Assembly (NCBI GenBank): GCA_965204535.1 | Contig: OZ241996.1 | Coordinates: forward strand, 1,216,001-1,280,000 | DNA length: 64,000 nt | DNA from: a bacterium | GTDB taxonomy: Bacteria > UBA8248 | Reading direction: 5' to 3' | Part shown: positions 9,965-18,619 of the stretch, piece after piece | Position numbering within the stretch: position 1 is the first letter of the stretch | Layout of the letters: the number at the start of each line of letters is the position of its first letter | Made by a program: the position numbers and the translations under genes | The notes under the pieces: generated by a model | Seen by the model: only the letters and a program-made list of their open reading frames with translations | What the model was told of the DNA's origin: nothing | Databases searched by the model: none

Positions 9965-10126
9965 TCAGCGGCCCCCCTTGATGAGTTCGATGAAGGTGTC
10001 GATGATGCCGTTGTCATAGAGCGTCCACGCCGTTACCACGACGACGAGCACGAGAACGCTCAGGAGCAGATATTCGAGAAGCCCGTGTTTGACGGCGGCG
10101 GGTTTTCTGGGATTTCTTTTCGCCAT
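9965..10126 (-). CDS. Small Flp-pilin-like membrane protein (53 aa), not in supplied ORF track
   Basis: Hand translation MAKRNPRKPAAVKHGLLEYLLLSVLVLVVVVTAWTLYDNGIIDTFIELIKGGR*: basic leader, GLLEY box, long hydrophobic helix. Confidence 0.6.
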   Translation of the reverse strand: MAKRNPRKPAAVKHGLLEYLLLSVLVLVVVVTAWTLYDNGIIDTFIELIKGGR

Positions 10127-10233
10127 ACGTTGGTTTCTCGGCGCCTGGATGGAATAAGGGGCGGGTTTGTTGCTGAATTATAAACGCAATTCCCCGCTGG
10201 TGAAAGCCGAAATGAACGCGATGGAAGTTTGAA

Positions 10234-10262
10234 TAGACAAGGGTGGGACATCCGTTTATGGT
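10234..10262 (+). promoter_or_regulatory. Putative sigma70 promoter of the DUF3090-SCO1664 pair
   Basis: TAGACA-N17-TATGGT about 50 nt before ATG 10314. Confidence 0.45.
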
Positions 10263-10313
10263 ATACCCATCACGAGCCGTCTCATCATCGCATTGCGGAG
10301 TTTTACATCTCAC

Positions 10314-10892
10314 ATGGATTCTGCCAGACATAATTTCGGCGAAGTCGAAAAAATAAGAACCGAAGCGATAGGTGTCGCAGGCAAGAGGATTTTCCGCATT
10401 CTGATCGATTGCCCGACGAAGTCGGCCGCCACGCTTTGGCTGGAGAAGGAACAGGTCTATGGTCTTTCGATGGCGATGAAGAAGATGGTGGAGGCGAAAG
10501 GGCAGGAGGAACGTTCGAGCGAGGAGCCGGATTTTCCCGATATCGCCGAGGTCGGCTCTGCTCCCGTGAGCTCCGGAGGGTTGCTCGAATTCAAAGTGAG
10601 CCGATTGGGGCTGGCGTATGGTCCGGGCAAGAGCCGCGTGACGGTCTTTTTTTACGATGAACGAGATGAGGTCGCCTCCAAGGGGGAATCTTCCGAAGAA
10701 GAGGAATACGAAGAAGAAGCCGTCGGCCCCGCCGCTTTGCAGGTGAGTCTCGCGCATGCGCAGTTGGATGAATTCATCAACCAAAGCCTCAATGAATGCT
10801 CCTCCGGGCGGGGGACGGATGCACTCTCTCATCACGCCATGGTGGCTACCGGCAAGGTCGACCCCAATACGAACGGGCATTTTCGTCATTAA
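10314..10892 (+). CDS. DUF3090 family protein
   Basis: AIG..GKRIF, LEKEQV..L, LEFKV..LGLAY, C-terminal GR...NGH; directly upstream of an SCO1664-family gene as is usual for this family. Confidence 0.75.
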   Translation: MDSARHNFGEVEKIRTEAIGVAGKRIFRILIDCPTKSAATLWLEKEQVYGLSMAMKKMVEAKGQEERSSEEPDFPDIAEVGSAPVSSGGLLEFKVSRLGLAYGPGKSRVTVFFYDERDEVASKGESSEEEEYEEEAVGPAALQVSLAHAQLDEFINQSLNECSSGRGTDALSHHAMVATGKVDPNTNGHFRH

Positions 10893-10924
10893 ATCGCCCT
10901 TTTTCTATTCGGCAGGAATATCTC

Positions 10925-11710
10925 GTGGCCCGGAAATTCTCTCCTCTTGAAGGCCCCGAAACGGTGGATGCGGCCGAATCGCAAGCCTATCGCTTCGAAC
11001 CGGCGGAAATCGAGAATCTTTTGCTCAACTCGGAAATTCTGGGCGGTGAGTTGGTGCCGCAAGGCTCGAACTACACGTTCGCCGTGAGGATGAGTGCGGA
11101 GGATTTCCAGTTCTGGGGGATATACAAGCCTGCGAGCGGGGAGAGGCCATTATGGGATTTTCCTTACGGAACGCTCCATTTTCGTGAGAGGTGCTCTTTT
11201 CTGGTGAGTCATCATCTGGGATGGCACCTCGTTCCTCCGACGGTGATCCGTGAAGGCCCGCACGGGGAGGGTTCCATGCAATTGTGCGTGCCCTATGACG
11301 GAAAATCGAACTATTTCACGCTCCGCGCAGAGGAGCGTCCGGAACTGGTGCTGATCGCGGCCTTCGACATTATGGTGAACAATACGGATCGCAAGGGCGG
11401 CCATTGCTTCAAATCCGAAGACGGCCGCGTTTGGGGAATCGATCACGGCCTCACGTTTCATGCGGAACCCAAGCTGCGAACCGTCATCTGGGACTATGCG
11501 GGCGTTTCCCTGCCCGAGGCGCAGTTGAACGACGTAAAAAGGCTGGAGGACAGCCTGCGCGATAGCGATAGCTCTTTAAGGCGTGAGATGGACGAACTCC
11601 TGGAGCCCGAGGAAGTGGAAATTTTTCTGGAAAGGGTGATTTGCTTCAGAAAAAATCCGTGCCTGCCGACGCCCGAAGAGTACCGACGTCTGCACTGGCA
11701 TTTCGAATAG
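10925..11710 (+). CDS. SCO1664 family protein (PI3/PI4-kinase/HipA-like fold)
   Basis: GSNYTF, YKP..GERPLWDFP.GTL..RE, VPPTV.REGP.G.GS.Q, NNTDRKGGH, GIDHGLTF; GTG start after CAGGAA. Confidence 0.88.
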   Translation: MARKFSPLEGPETVDAAESQAYRFEPAEIENLLLNSEILGGELVPQGSNYTFAVRMSAEDFQFWGIYKPASGERPLWDFPYGTLHFRERCSFLVSHHLGWHLVPPTVIREGPHGEGSMQLCVPYDGKSNYFTLRAEERPELVLIAAFDIMVNNTDRKGGHCFKSEDGRVWGIDHGLTFHAEPKLRTVIWDYAGVSLPEAQLNDVKRLEDSLRDSDSSLRREMDELLEPEEVEIFLERVICFRKNPCLPTPEEYRRLHWHFE

Positions 11711-11755
11711 TTTTGAAAACGCCCGGGGAAATGGTGAGACGCTGAGGTGTTGGCG

Positions 11756-13072
11756 ATGAGGACCCATTCGAGCCTGACCGGGAATCGGCTGTTTTTCTTT
11801 CTTCTCTGCTTCATTCTCAGCTCGACGCTCGTCGGGTGTCTGGAGACTACGCGCGTCCGCAGGAAAGTGCCTCGCGATGTGATGAACGAAAAACGCTGGT
11901 TCGTTCACGACAACCCCGATCATCCACAATCGAAGGTATTTCTGGCGGAACTCGATGAGTTTGATTTTGAACGGGCTACACGAAGGCACACGGCCCGCGC
12001 GTATAAGGAGTATCTCGAATATCATTTTACCGGCAAATACTTTCGCCGGGCGCGCTATTGGCGGGAGCGGTTGCTGTATCAGGAAGCGCTCGAATCGAAA
12101 GAACCCGGCGTCCTCGAAGAGCTCCTGAAGCGCTTTCCCGAAGGCTGGTTCGATACACCCTCCGGCGCAGATATCCAAAAGAGTGAGTATGAAGAACTGA
12201 GAGAAAAAGACGAGGTCGCATCCTACAGGGCGTTTATTGAAAAATACGAAAAGGCGCGGAGTGAGTGGACCGAAGCGGCGACCCAGCGCCTCGAAAGACT
12301 CCTGCTCGACACGGCGAAAGCTTCAGGAAGTGTTCTCGGCCTCGAAAGGTTCGCCTTCGACAATCCCACCAGCCCGCATCTCGAAGAGGCGAAGGGCGCT
12401 TTGCGCGCGGTGAGGTTCGAGAGGGCGACCCGGTCCGGGAAGGAGGCGGACTGGAAAGCCTTTGTTCGCAGATTCGAAGGCTCGAAAGAGGCCGCTCTCA
12501 TGCGGCAGCACATGGAGACGCGGGCGCTCGAAGGGGCCGAGCGCTCGGACCGCGTCGCTGCGCTCGAGCAATTTATCGTGCGCTATCCCGATTCGGTTCA
12601 CAAAGAGCGAATCCTCTCCTCCATCAACAAGATGGCGCAGGAGAGGAATCAACAAGTCGACCGGTGGGTGCGCGTCGAGAGCGCCGAAGTCGAAGTGTTC
12701 AGGAAGCCCAGATGCAAACCCTGCAGGTCCTATCTGCGCGCCCACGGCGTGTTGCTCAACACAGACCCCGATTTTTCCTTCGATGTGGGGCTGCAGGTAG
12801 AACTCATCCGGAACGGAAAAAAATGCTGCCGCACCAGGCGCTGGCTCAGGGGTTTGAGACCCGGGGAGAGCCGTCCGTTTTCATTCCCGATACGCGGAGA
12901 ATCTCCCAAAAGAGGCAGCCCTGCCCCCGAGTATGAGCTTGTAGTGATATCAGGCTCCGCGTATCGCAATCCGCAAGAGGAGCGGATTATGGAAATCGAG
13001 GGTTTGGGTGGGAGGGGCAAGGGTCCCCAAAGCGATCGCTTCGCGCCCATTCGGGTTCCCGATCTGAATTAG
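11756..13072 (+). CDS. Putative lipoprotein with helical-hairpin (TPR-like) repeats and C-terminal FxLYD-like domain
   Basis: Signal peptide ending LVGC; about six 37-38 aa repeats such as LEQFIVRYPDS and LEELLKRFPEG; C-terminal G...N...V.L...G...LRPGE..PF; start could be 11747. Confidence 0.6.
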   Translation: MRTHSSLTGNRLFFFLLCFILSSTLVGCLETTRVRRKVPRDVMNEKRWFVHDNPDHPQSKVFLAELDEFDFERATRRHTARAYKEYLEYHFTGKYFRRARYWRERLLYQEALESKEPGVLEELLKRFPEGWFDTPSGADIQKSEYEELREKDEVASYRAFIEKYEKARSEWTEAATQRLERLLLDTAKASGSVLGLERFAFDNPTSPHLEEAKGALRAVRFERATRSGKEADWKAFVRRFEGSKEAALMRQHMETRALEGAERSDRVAALEQFIVRYPDSVHKERILSSINKMAQERNQQVDRWVRVESAEVEVFRKPRCKPCRSYLRAHGVLLNTDPDFSFDVGLQVELIRNGKKCCRTRRWLRGLRPGESRPFSFPIRGESPKRGSPAPEYELVVISGSAYRNPQEERIMEIEGLGGRGKGPQSDRFAPIRVPDLN

Positions 13073-13149
13073 AATTTTATTATATATCAGAATTTTATGA
13101 GTCTATCTTAAAGTAAAATAGAGATAATTGTCTCTGTTCCCAGAGGACG

Positions 13150-14052
13150 CTAGTGATTCTTGCGCCCGAGTCTGCGCCGATTCACTTTCTTGATGTGTTT
13201 CGCGATGTATTGCACGAGGCCGGGGTTGCCGATAAGCAGTGATTGCCGCCATTTGCGCGCGGCGTCCAGGTCTTTGGGTGTGTTCTCCCCGGAGAAGAAG
13301 GTATCCAGCTCACGCCACCTATTCGTGCGGTCGCGCCGGGCGAGTGTAATCCCCCCCGCTTCTTTCACGATGACGATGCCCGCCGCCACGTCCCAGATGC
13401 TGGGAACGCCGAAAAGCGTATAGTGCAGGCCTCCGCGCGCCACGAGGGCCTGTTCGTAACACATGGAACCCGTGGCGCGCACTTCACCCAGGTTTTTCTT
13501 GAGCGGCCCCGTGGGGCGGAATTGCGTCCAGTAGGAACCGGGAAGCGCGACGATGCGCTTTCCCGTGGGTTTCTCCTCTCCCGCCACCTCGATTCGGTGA
13601 TCGTTGCGATACGCGCCGCCCCCCTCGTAAGCGTGGTAGATGGTGCCTTTGTCCTCCGGCGTGAATATGGCGCCCGCAATTGAGCGCCCGCGTCTCAATA
13701 CCCCCACCGAACAGCCCCAGACGTGCAGTCCGTTCAGGAAATTTTTCGTGCCGTCCAGAGGGTCCAGGACCCACAGGTACTCGGGCACCTCGCGCGCGCC
13801 TTGGCGTTTGGCCTCTTCTTCGTCTTCGGGTTTCTCCTCGCCCAGGACGCCGTGCGCTGGGAAGTTTTCGTTTATCGCTTTCGTCAGAAACTCCTGGCTC
13901 GCGCGGTCGGCTTCGCTCACCGGGTCGGTTTCAGCCTTGTTCTTGTAGTCGACCTCCACCTGCTTGCCGAAAAGCCCCATCAGGATCTCTCCCGCCTCGC
14001 GGGCGAATCTGGAAGCGGCTTCGGCCAATTCGTGAGGAGTAGGGTCGCTCAT
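13150..14052 (-). CDS. Inositol monophosphatase family protein (SuhB-like)
   Basis: VSEAD, GEE, WVLDPLDGTKNF, WDVAAG..IVKEAGG. Confidence 0.9.
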   Translation of the reverse strand: MSDPTPHELAEAASRFAREAGEILMGLFGKQVEVDYKNKAETDPVSEADRASQEFLTKAINENFPAHGVLGEEKPEDEEEAKRQGAREVPEYLWVLDPLDGTKNFLNGLHVWGCSVGVLRRGRSIAGAIFTPEDKGTIYHAYEGGGAYRNDHRIEVAGEEKPTGKRIVALPGSYWTQFRPTGPLKKNLGEVRATGSMCYEQALVARGGLHYTLFGVPSIWDVAAGIVIVKEAGGITLARRDRTNRWRELDTFFSGENTPKDLDAARKWRQSLLIGNPGLVQYIAKHIKKVNRRRLGRKNH

Positions 14053-15098
14053 TTTCCACGCTCCAGCGGAGGGAGGTCGAGCCTTTGGGCGATCTCATCG
14101 AGTTCCGCGAGCCGCTCGCTCGACAACTCGAACCCGCTTTCCCGGCGTTCCACCTCGTTTTGATGCTCGATCTCTCCGGGCATGAAAATCGTCTCCACAC
14201 CCGCCGCTTTCGGTGTGGCTTTGATGATGGAGATGAAGGCGCCAGCGGCGGCCTGGAATTGCGATATTGGGAGCAGCGCTTCGACGTTGATGGCGACGAA
14301 AATGCTGGTGACGCGGCTTTTCCCGTGAAATTCGTTGATGCCCACGATCTCGTGGCTGTGGCCTCCGCCCGCGAGGGAACCCAGAATGGCGTCGATTGCG
14401 ATGGAAAGCCCGCTGCCCTTATATCCCGCAATCGGTGAGAGGAGGGAGCTTTCGAGAACCTCGTGGGGGTCGGTGGTGGGTCTTCCCTCCTTGTCCAGTC
14501 CCCACCCCTCGGGGATGAGTTCGCCCGCGCGCGCCGCCTCGATGATGTAGCCTCGCGCCACAACGGAGAGCGCCATGTCGAGCACCATGGGCGGGTCGCT
14601 CGGTAAGGCGATAGAGACGGGATTGTTGCCGATCCTGGGTTCCTTGCCTCCTGCAGGAGGCAGAACGCGCAGCGTGTTCGTCGTAACGAGGCCCACCATG
14701 CCGGCTTCGGGAGCCATGGCCGCGTACGTTGCGGCGGCGCCGAAATGGTTGCTCTCCTTGAGCAAGACGACGCCCACGTTATGGAGCCGCGCGCGGTCGA
14801 TGGCCTCTTCCATCGCGAGTCTGGAAACCACCTGGCCCATGCCGTTGTCGCCGTCTGCGAGCGCGAGTGCGCCTGCATCCTTGACGATGCGGAAATCAGG
14901 CGCCGGGTTCGCCAGATTGATTTCCAGGCGCCTGGCGTAGTGCGGCATGCGGATCACGCCGTGGCTGGTGACGCCGCGCAACTCGGCCGTCACGAGGGTA
15001 TCCGCCGTCCATGCGGCGTCCTCAGCCGGCATACCCAGCTTACTGAAAATACGCTCTAAAAAAGTGTGGAGCTTCTCGCTCGTCGTATGTCCGCTCAT
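14049..15098 (-). CDS. Ldh_2 family oxidoreductase (ComC/AllD/DlgD-like)
   Basis: LRGVTSHG, SNHFG, GNNP, LDMA, GYKGSGL, MPGE. Confidence 0.92.
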   Translation of the reverse strand: MSGHTTSEKLHTFLERIFSKLGMPAEDAAWTADTLVTAELRGVTSHGVIRMPHYARRLEINLANPAPDFRIVKDAGALALADGDNGMGQVVSRLAMEEAIDRARLHNVGVVLLKESNHFGAAATYAAMAPEAGMVGLVTTNTLRVLPPAGGKEPRIGNNPVSIALPSDPPMVLDMALSVVARGYIIEAARAGELIPEGWGLDKEGRPTTDPHEVLESSLLSPIAGYKGSGLSIAIDAILGSLAGGGHSHEIVGINEFHGKSRVTSIFVAINVEALLPISQFQAAAGAFISIIKATPKAAGVETIFMPGEIEHQNEVERRESGFELSSERLAELDEIAQRLDLPPLERGK

Positions 15099-15713
15099 TC
15101 AACCCTCACGCGTGAACAGATAGGCCATCCCGTGCCGGACGTGCTCGCCCGAGTCGAGCTCGCTCAGAAAATCGGCCCGCGAAACCGACCAGCGGTTTAC
15201 TTCACTCATTTCCCGCACGCTCCAGCCGGGAGCGTCCCACAACGCTTCGCTACCGGCATAGCCCGGTCCCTGCTGCACCACCGCCAGATACCAGCGGATG
15301 CTCATCGCCCCCAATATCTGTCGTTCAGCGCCCGAATCGAACGGCAGCCAGCAGGAGAACACGAAATCAGGCGCATGGGCGAGGAGCGCCTCCTGCGCGT
15401 CCAGGGCTTCAACTCTGTCGCCTCCGGCCGGGTCGGTGAGTCTCAGGTTCACGCCGCGCGCCTGAAGTGCTTTTCCGATCGTGGCGTCCCCGGCGCCCAC
15501 TTCCAAAGGCGTTTCGGGAGCAAGGGCCAGGATTTCCTCTGCCAGCGCGTCCAGCCATTCGACCACGGGAAGCTGGTAGAGGTTTTTCCTCTCGCAGAAT
15601 ACGAGCCAGCCATCCCCCAGTTCTTCTTCGGCGAACTTTGCGATGGCCTCGGCGTAGGGGAGGGGTTTCACCGCCGAAAATCCCGGGCGAGAAACCGGGT
15701 CGCCTGCAAGCAA
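15099..15713 (-). CDS. Hypothetical protein, class I SAM-methyltransferase-like
   Basis: Motif-I-like LEVGAGDATIG; stop abuts the start of the Ldh gene; start uncertain. Confidence 0.55.
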   Translation of the reverse strand: MLAGDPVSRPGFSAVKPLPYAEAIAKFAEEELGDGWLVFCERKNLYQLPVVEWLDALAEEILALAPETPLEVGAGDATIGKALQARGVNLRLTDPAGGDRVEALDAQEALLAHAPDFVFSCWLPFDSGAERQILGAMSIRWYLAVVQQGPGYAGSEALWDAPGWSVREMSEVNRWSVSRADFLSELDSGEHVRHGMAYLFTREG

Positions 15714-15736
15714 GAATTCACCTGCAACCCTGTAAG

Positions 15737-15768
15737 AAACAAACCCCCGGAAATCATCTTCCGGGGGC
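15737..15768 (-). terminator. Intrinsic terminator after the UxaA-like gene
   Basis: Minus strand CCCCCGGAA-loop-TTCCGGGGG followed by TTTGTTT. Confidence 0.7.
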
Positions 15769-15782
15769 TGGTGATGAATCTC

Positions 15783-16994
15783 CTAGACGCTGGGGCCATT
15801 CCTGTTGATGGCGAAGGCGTTGTCCTCATACAGGATTTCGGCTTTCGTCATCTTCCCGCTCGCGACTTCGAGCACCTCGTCGTAGACGCGCCTTCCCGCC
15901 ACCTCGATGGGCGCGCCCTCGAAGATGTCCGTCACGTCCACGTCGGTGGTGTCGGCCTGAAGCCTCGCTGAAAGCGGGTTGCCCGTGATGCGGATGGTGC
16001 TCATCAGGGGGTGGTTGATGGTATGGCCGCCGCCCGTGGAGAAGATGAGCACCTGAGAGCCGCCCGCCGCGATGCCGGTGATGGACTCTCCCCCGTGGCC
16101 CGGGGTGTCCATCACGTGGAGCCCGCTTCTTCGGTTCGCGCGCTTCGCCCACGGAATCACGTCCACAATGGGGGCGGAACCCGCCTTCTGGATGGCGCCC
16201 AGGGATTTCTCTTCGATCGTGGTCAGGCCGCCCTCCATGTTGTCGCCCGTGGGCTGGCTGCCCCGGAGATCCACGCCGCAGGCGAGGATGCGCTCTTCCA
16301 TCTCCTCCACCATCCTCCAGATGCGCTTGCCCAGGGCCGGCCTCACGCATTTGGCGGCCAGTACGTCCTCGCCGCCCATCATCTCCGTGGTCTCGGCCAA
16401 AAGCACGCGTCCGCCCTGATTGACGACCTGGTCCGTCACCCAGCCGGTGGCCTTGTTGTGCGAGAGGCCCGAGGTAGTGTCCGACGTTCCGCAGTTGACC
16501 CCCAACAGGAGCTTGCTCACGGAAACTTCCTGGCGGCGTTCGTTCGTGAGTTCTCTCAGCATCTCCATGCCGATGCGCGTGGCCTTGGCGGTGGCGTCTA
16601 TCGCGCCCCCGTCCTCGCGGATGTTGATCGCCTCCACGCGTTTCCCTGTTTTGGCGATTTCATGGGCGATCTCGTCCGCCGTGCAGCCTTCCTCGCGGTG
16701 GTGGTCGATGACAATGACGGCGCCCGCGTTGGCGTTCTGCCCGTGTCCGACGAGGGTCTCGAACGTGCGCTGAATGTCGGGGCCGATCTGGCAGCGTCCC
16801 AGCGGGTGGGTGAGGGCGACGCTATGCCGAAGGGTTCTGGCTACACGCTCGCATGTGGAGTTCGCATAAAGCGTGCCGCTCAACAAGAGCAGGTAGTTTC
16901 TCGCGCCCACGTCGCCGTTTTCCCGTGGATATCCCCACCAGGTTTTTCTCAGACGTTTCGATGAACTTGCGCCGCTTCCGTTTCTTCTGGCCAT
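15783..16994 (-). CDS. UxaA/GarD/SuyB family (de)hydratase-lyase, large subunit
   Basis: R.NG.VG.RNY, CGTSDTTSG, GN.EGGLTTIEEKSLG..QKAG, MDTP, FSTG. Confidence 0.9.
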   Translation of the reverse strand: MARRNGSGASSSKRLRKTWWGYPRENGDVGARNYLLLLSGTLYANSTCERVARTLRHSVALTHPLGRCQIGPDIQRTFETLVGHGQNANAGAVIVIDHHREEGCTADEIAHEIAKTGKRVEAINIREDGGAIDATAKATRIGMEMLRELTNERRQEVSVSKLLLGVNCGTSDTTSGLSHNKATGWVTDQVVNQGGRVLLAETTEMMGGEDVLAAKCVRPALGKRIWRMVEEMEERILACGVDLRGSQPTGDNMEGGLTTIEEKSLGAIQKAGSAPIVDVIPWAKRANRRSGLHVMDTPGHGGESITGIAAGGSQVLIFSTGGGHTINHPLMSTIRITGNPLSARLQADTTDVDVTDIFEGAPIEVAGRRVYDEVLEVASGKMTKAEILYEDNAFAINRNGPSV

Positions 16995-17009
16995 GATTGA
17001 CCTCCTGTC

Positions 17010-17303
17010 TTAAGCGAGGTCGCCGCGGCCGCGGGCGCTCTCTATGTTATGCACGTGAATATAGTCGCCCACCTTGATGTCCTTGCTCGCCACACCGATG
17101 GACAGGCCGTATTTCATGCAGTGCTCGCCCTTTTTCAGGGGCTTGATGCAGATTTTGTGGATGTAGGGGATCGCCTGATTCGCCTTGAGCGTCTTGCCCA
17201 TCTTTCCGTTGAGCATGAGGCGAACGGAGCCTCCCTTCGCCACCTTTTCGAGACAGGTGGCGACGTTGTCTCCTTTTTCGATGATCATGGCTGTTACCGG
17301 CAT
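17010..17303 (-). CDS. SAF-domain small subunit of UxaA/SuyA family
   Basis: DNVAT, IPYIHKI, KYG..IG.A..DI..G..IHVHNIES. Confidence 0.9.
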   Translation of the reverse strand: MPVTAMIIEKGDNVATCLEKVAKGGSVRLMLNGKMGKTLKANQAIPYIHKICIKPLKKGEHCMKYGLSIGVASKDIKVGDYIHVHNIESARGRGDLA

Positions 17304-17442
17304 GTCTTCTTTTCTCCTTCAAAAATTCAGGGCGCGAATACACCTCGCACCCAATCAAGTGACGGATAATTGAGGGACGTTCAATCAACGAGCCATAAAC
17401 CTAGCGCATGGGGGCCGACACTTCAACAAGGAGAGGCTTTTC

Positions 17443-18492
17443 TCAACTTCCGTGCAACGGCGCCACGCCCACTTCTTCGGCTATCCGGTCCAGATCCTGG
17501 GCGAGCGCTTCTTTGATTGTGATGCCCTCGGTCAGGGCGGCCTGATACCTGCGGTGCGCTCCTTCGCCGGGGATGCGGATTTCATCGAAGCCGGGCGCCA
17601 GGCCCGACCCCTTGATGCGCGTCACGGCTTCATCCACCGCCGCCTCATAGTCGCCGCCCAGGCATCTCTCCGGGTCTATCGCCATGGCGAACATCGGCAG
17701 GCCGAAGGGTTTGTCCGTCTCCAGCCAGTCGGGCTGGTCGGCGTCGAAGCCGTTGCCCGTAAGCGCTCCCGTCAGGAAGGTGAACATGAGCGCCAGGCCG
17801 TATCCCTTGTAATCGCCAAGTGGCAGCATCGTTCCCCTGGCGGCGAGCGTGGCGTCCGTGGTCGGGTTGCCCGAGGGGTCGAGCGCCCAGCCCTCGGGGA
17901 TCGGCTCGCCCGTCCGGGCGGCCAGCAGCACGTAGCCTCTCGCCACCTTGGAGGTGGCGATGTCGAAGAGGATGGGATATTCCTGGTTCGAGGGAACCGC
18001 GAAAGCGACCGGGTTGTTCCCGATCATTCGCTCGTAACCGCCCCACGGGGCGAGGTTTCCCACCGCGCCGCTGATAACCATTCCGATCATGCCATGTTCG
18101 AGCGCCATCGCGGCGAAATAGCCGATGTGGCCCGTGTGGGAGGATTTGCGGATAGCGGACGCTCCGATGCCGCCGGCCTTCGCCTTCTCGATGGCGGCCT
18201 CCATGGCGCGCCGCGCGACGACGGCGCTCATGCCGTAGTCCCCATCCAGGAGAGTAAAAGCGGGCAGATCGGTGATGGTTCGCACACTGGGCTTCGGGTT
18301 CGCCGTCCCGTTTCTCAGGCGCTCCACGAAGACCCCGAAGCGAACGCACCCGTGCGAACTCACGCCCCTCAGTTCGGCGTCCACAATCTGGGCCGCGCAG
18401 GCATTGGCGTCCGCCTCGGGCAGGCCCAGTGCCTGGTAGACGCGCGCGAGATAGGCGTGAAGGTCTTTCGCGTGAACTTTGATGTCCGGCAT
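17443..18492 (-). CDS. Ldh_2 family oxidoreductase (second paralog)
   Basis: LRGVSSHG, SSHTG, GNNP, FDIATS, YKGYGL, IPGE. Confidence 0.92.
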   Translation of the reverse strand: MPDIKVHAKDLHAYLARVYQALGLPEADANACAAQIVDAELRGVSSHGCVRFGVFVERLRNGTANPKPSVRTITDLPAFTLLDGDYGMSAVVARRAMEAAIEKAKAGGIGASAIRKSSHTGHIGYFAAMALEHGMIGMVISGAVGNLAPWGGYERMIGNNPVAFAVPSNQEYPILFDIATSKVARGYVLLAARTGEPIPEGWALDPSGNPTTDATLAARGTMLPLGDYKGYGLALMFTFLTGALTGNGFDADQPDWLETDKPFGLPMFAMAIDPERCLGGDYEAAVDEAVTRIKGSGLAPGFDEIRIPGEGAHRRYQAALTEGITIKEALAQDLDRIAEEVGVAPLHGS

Positions 18493-18619
18493 GTTTTCTC
18501 CCGGCGCGGGCTTGATGGCCGCGCGCAAACAAACCCACCGCCTTGTCTTGGCGGATGGGGAAAAGAGTGCTAAGAGCTATTGCGGTGAGTTTGCCTTTAC
18601 ACATGGAGGGTTCGCAAGC

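Noticed and set aside
13073-13149. Very AT-rich gap between convergent genes
   Set aside because: No repeat, hairpin or ORF that I can support.
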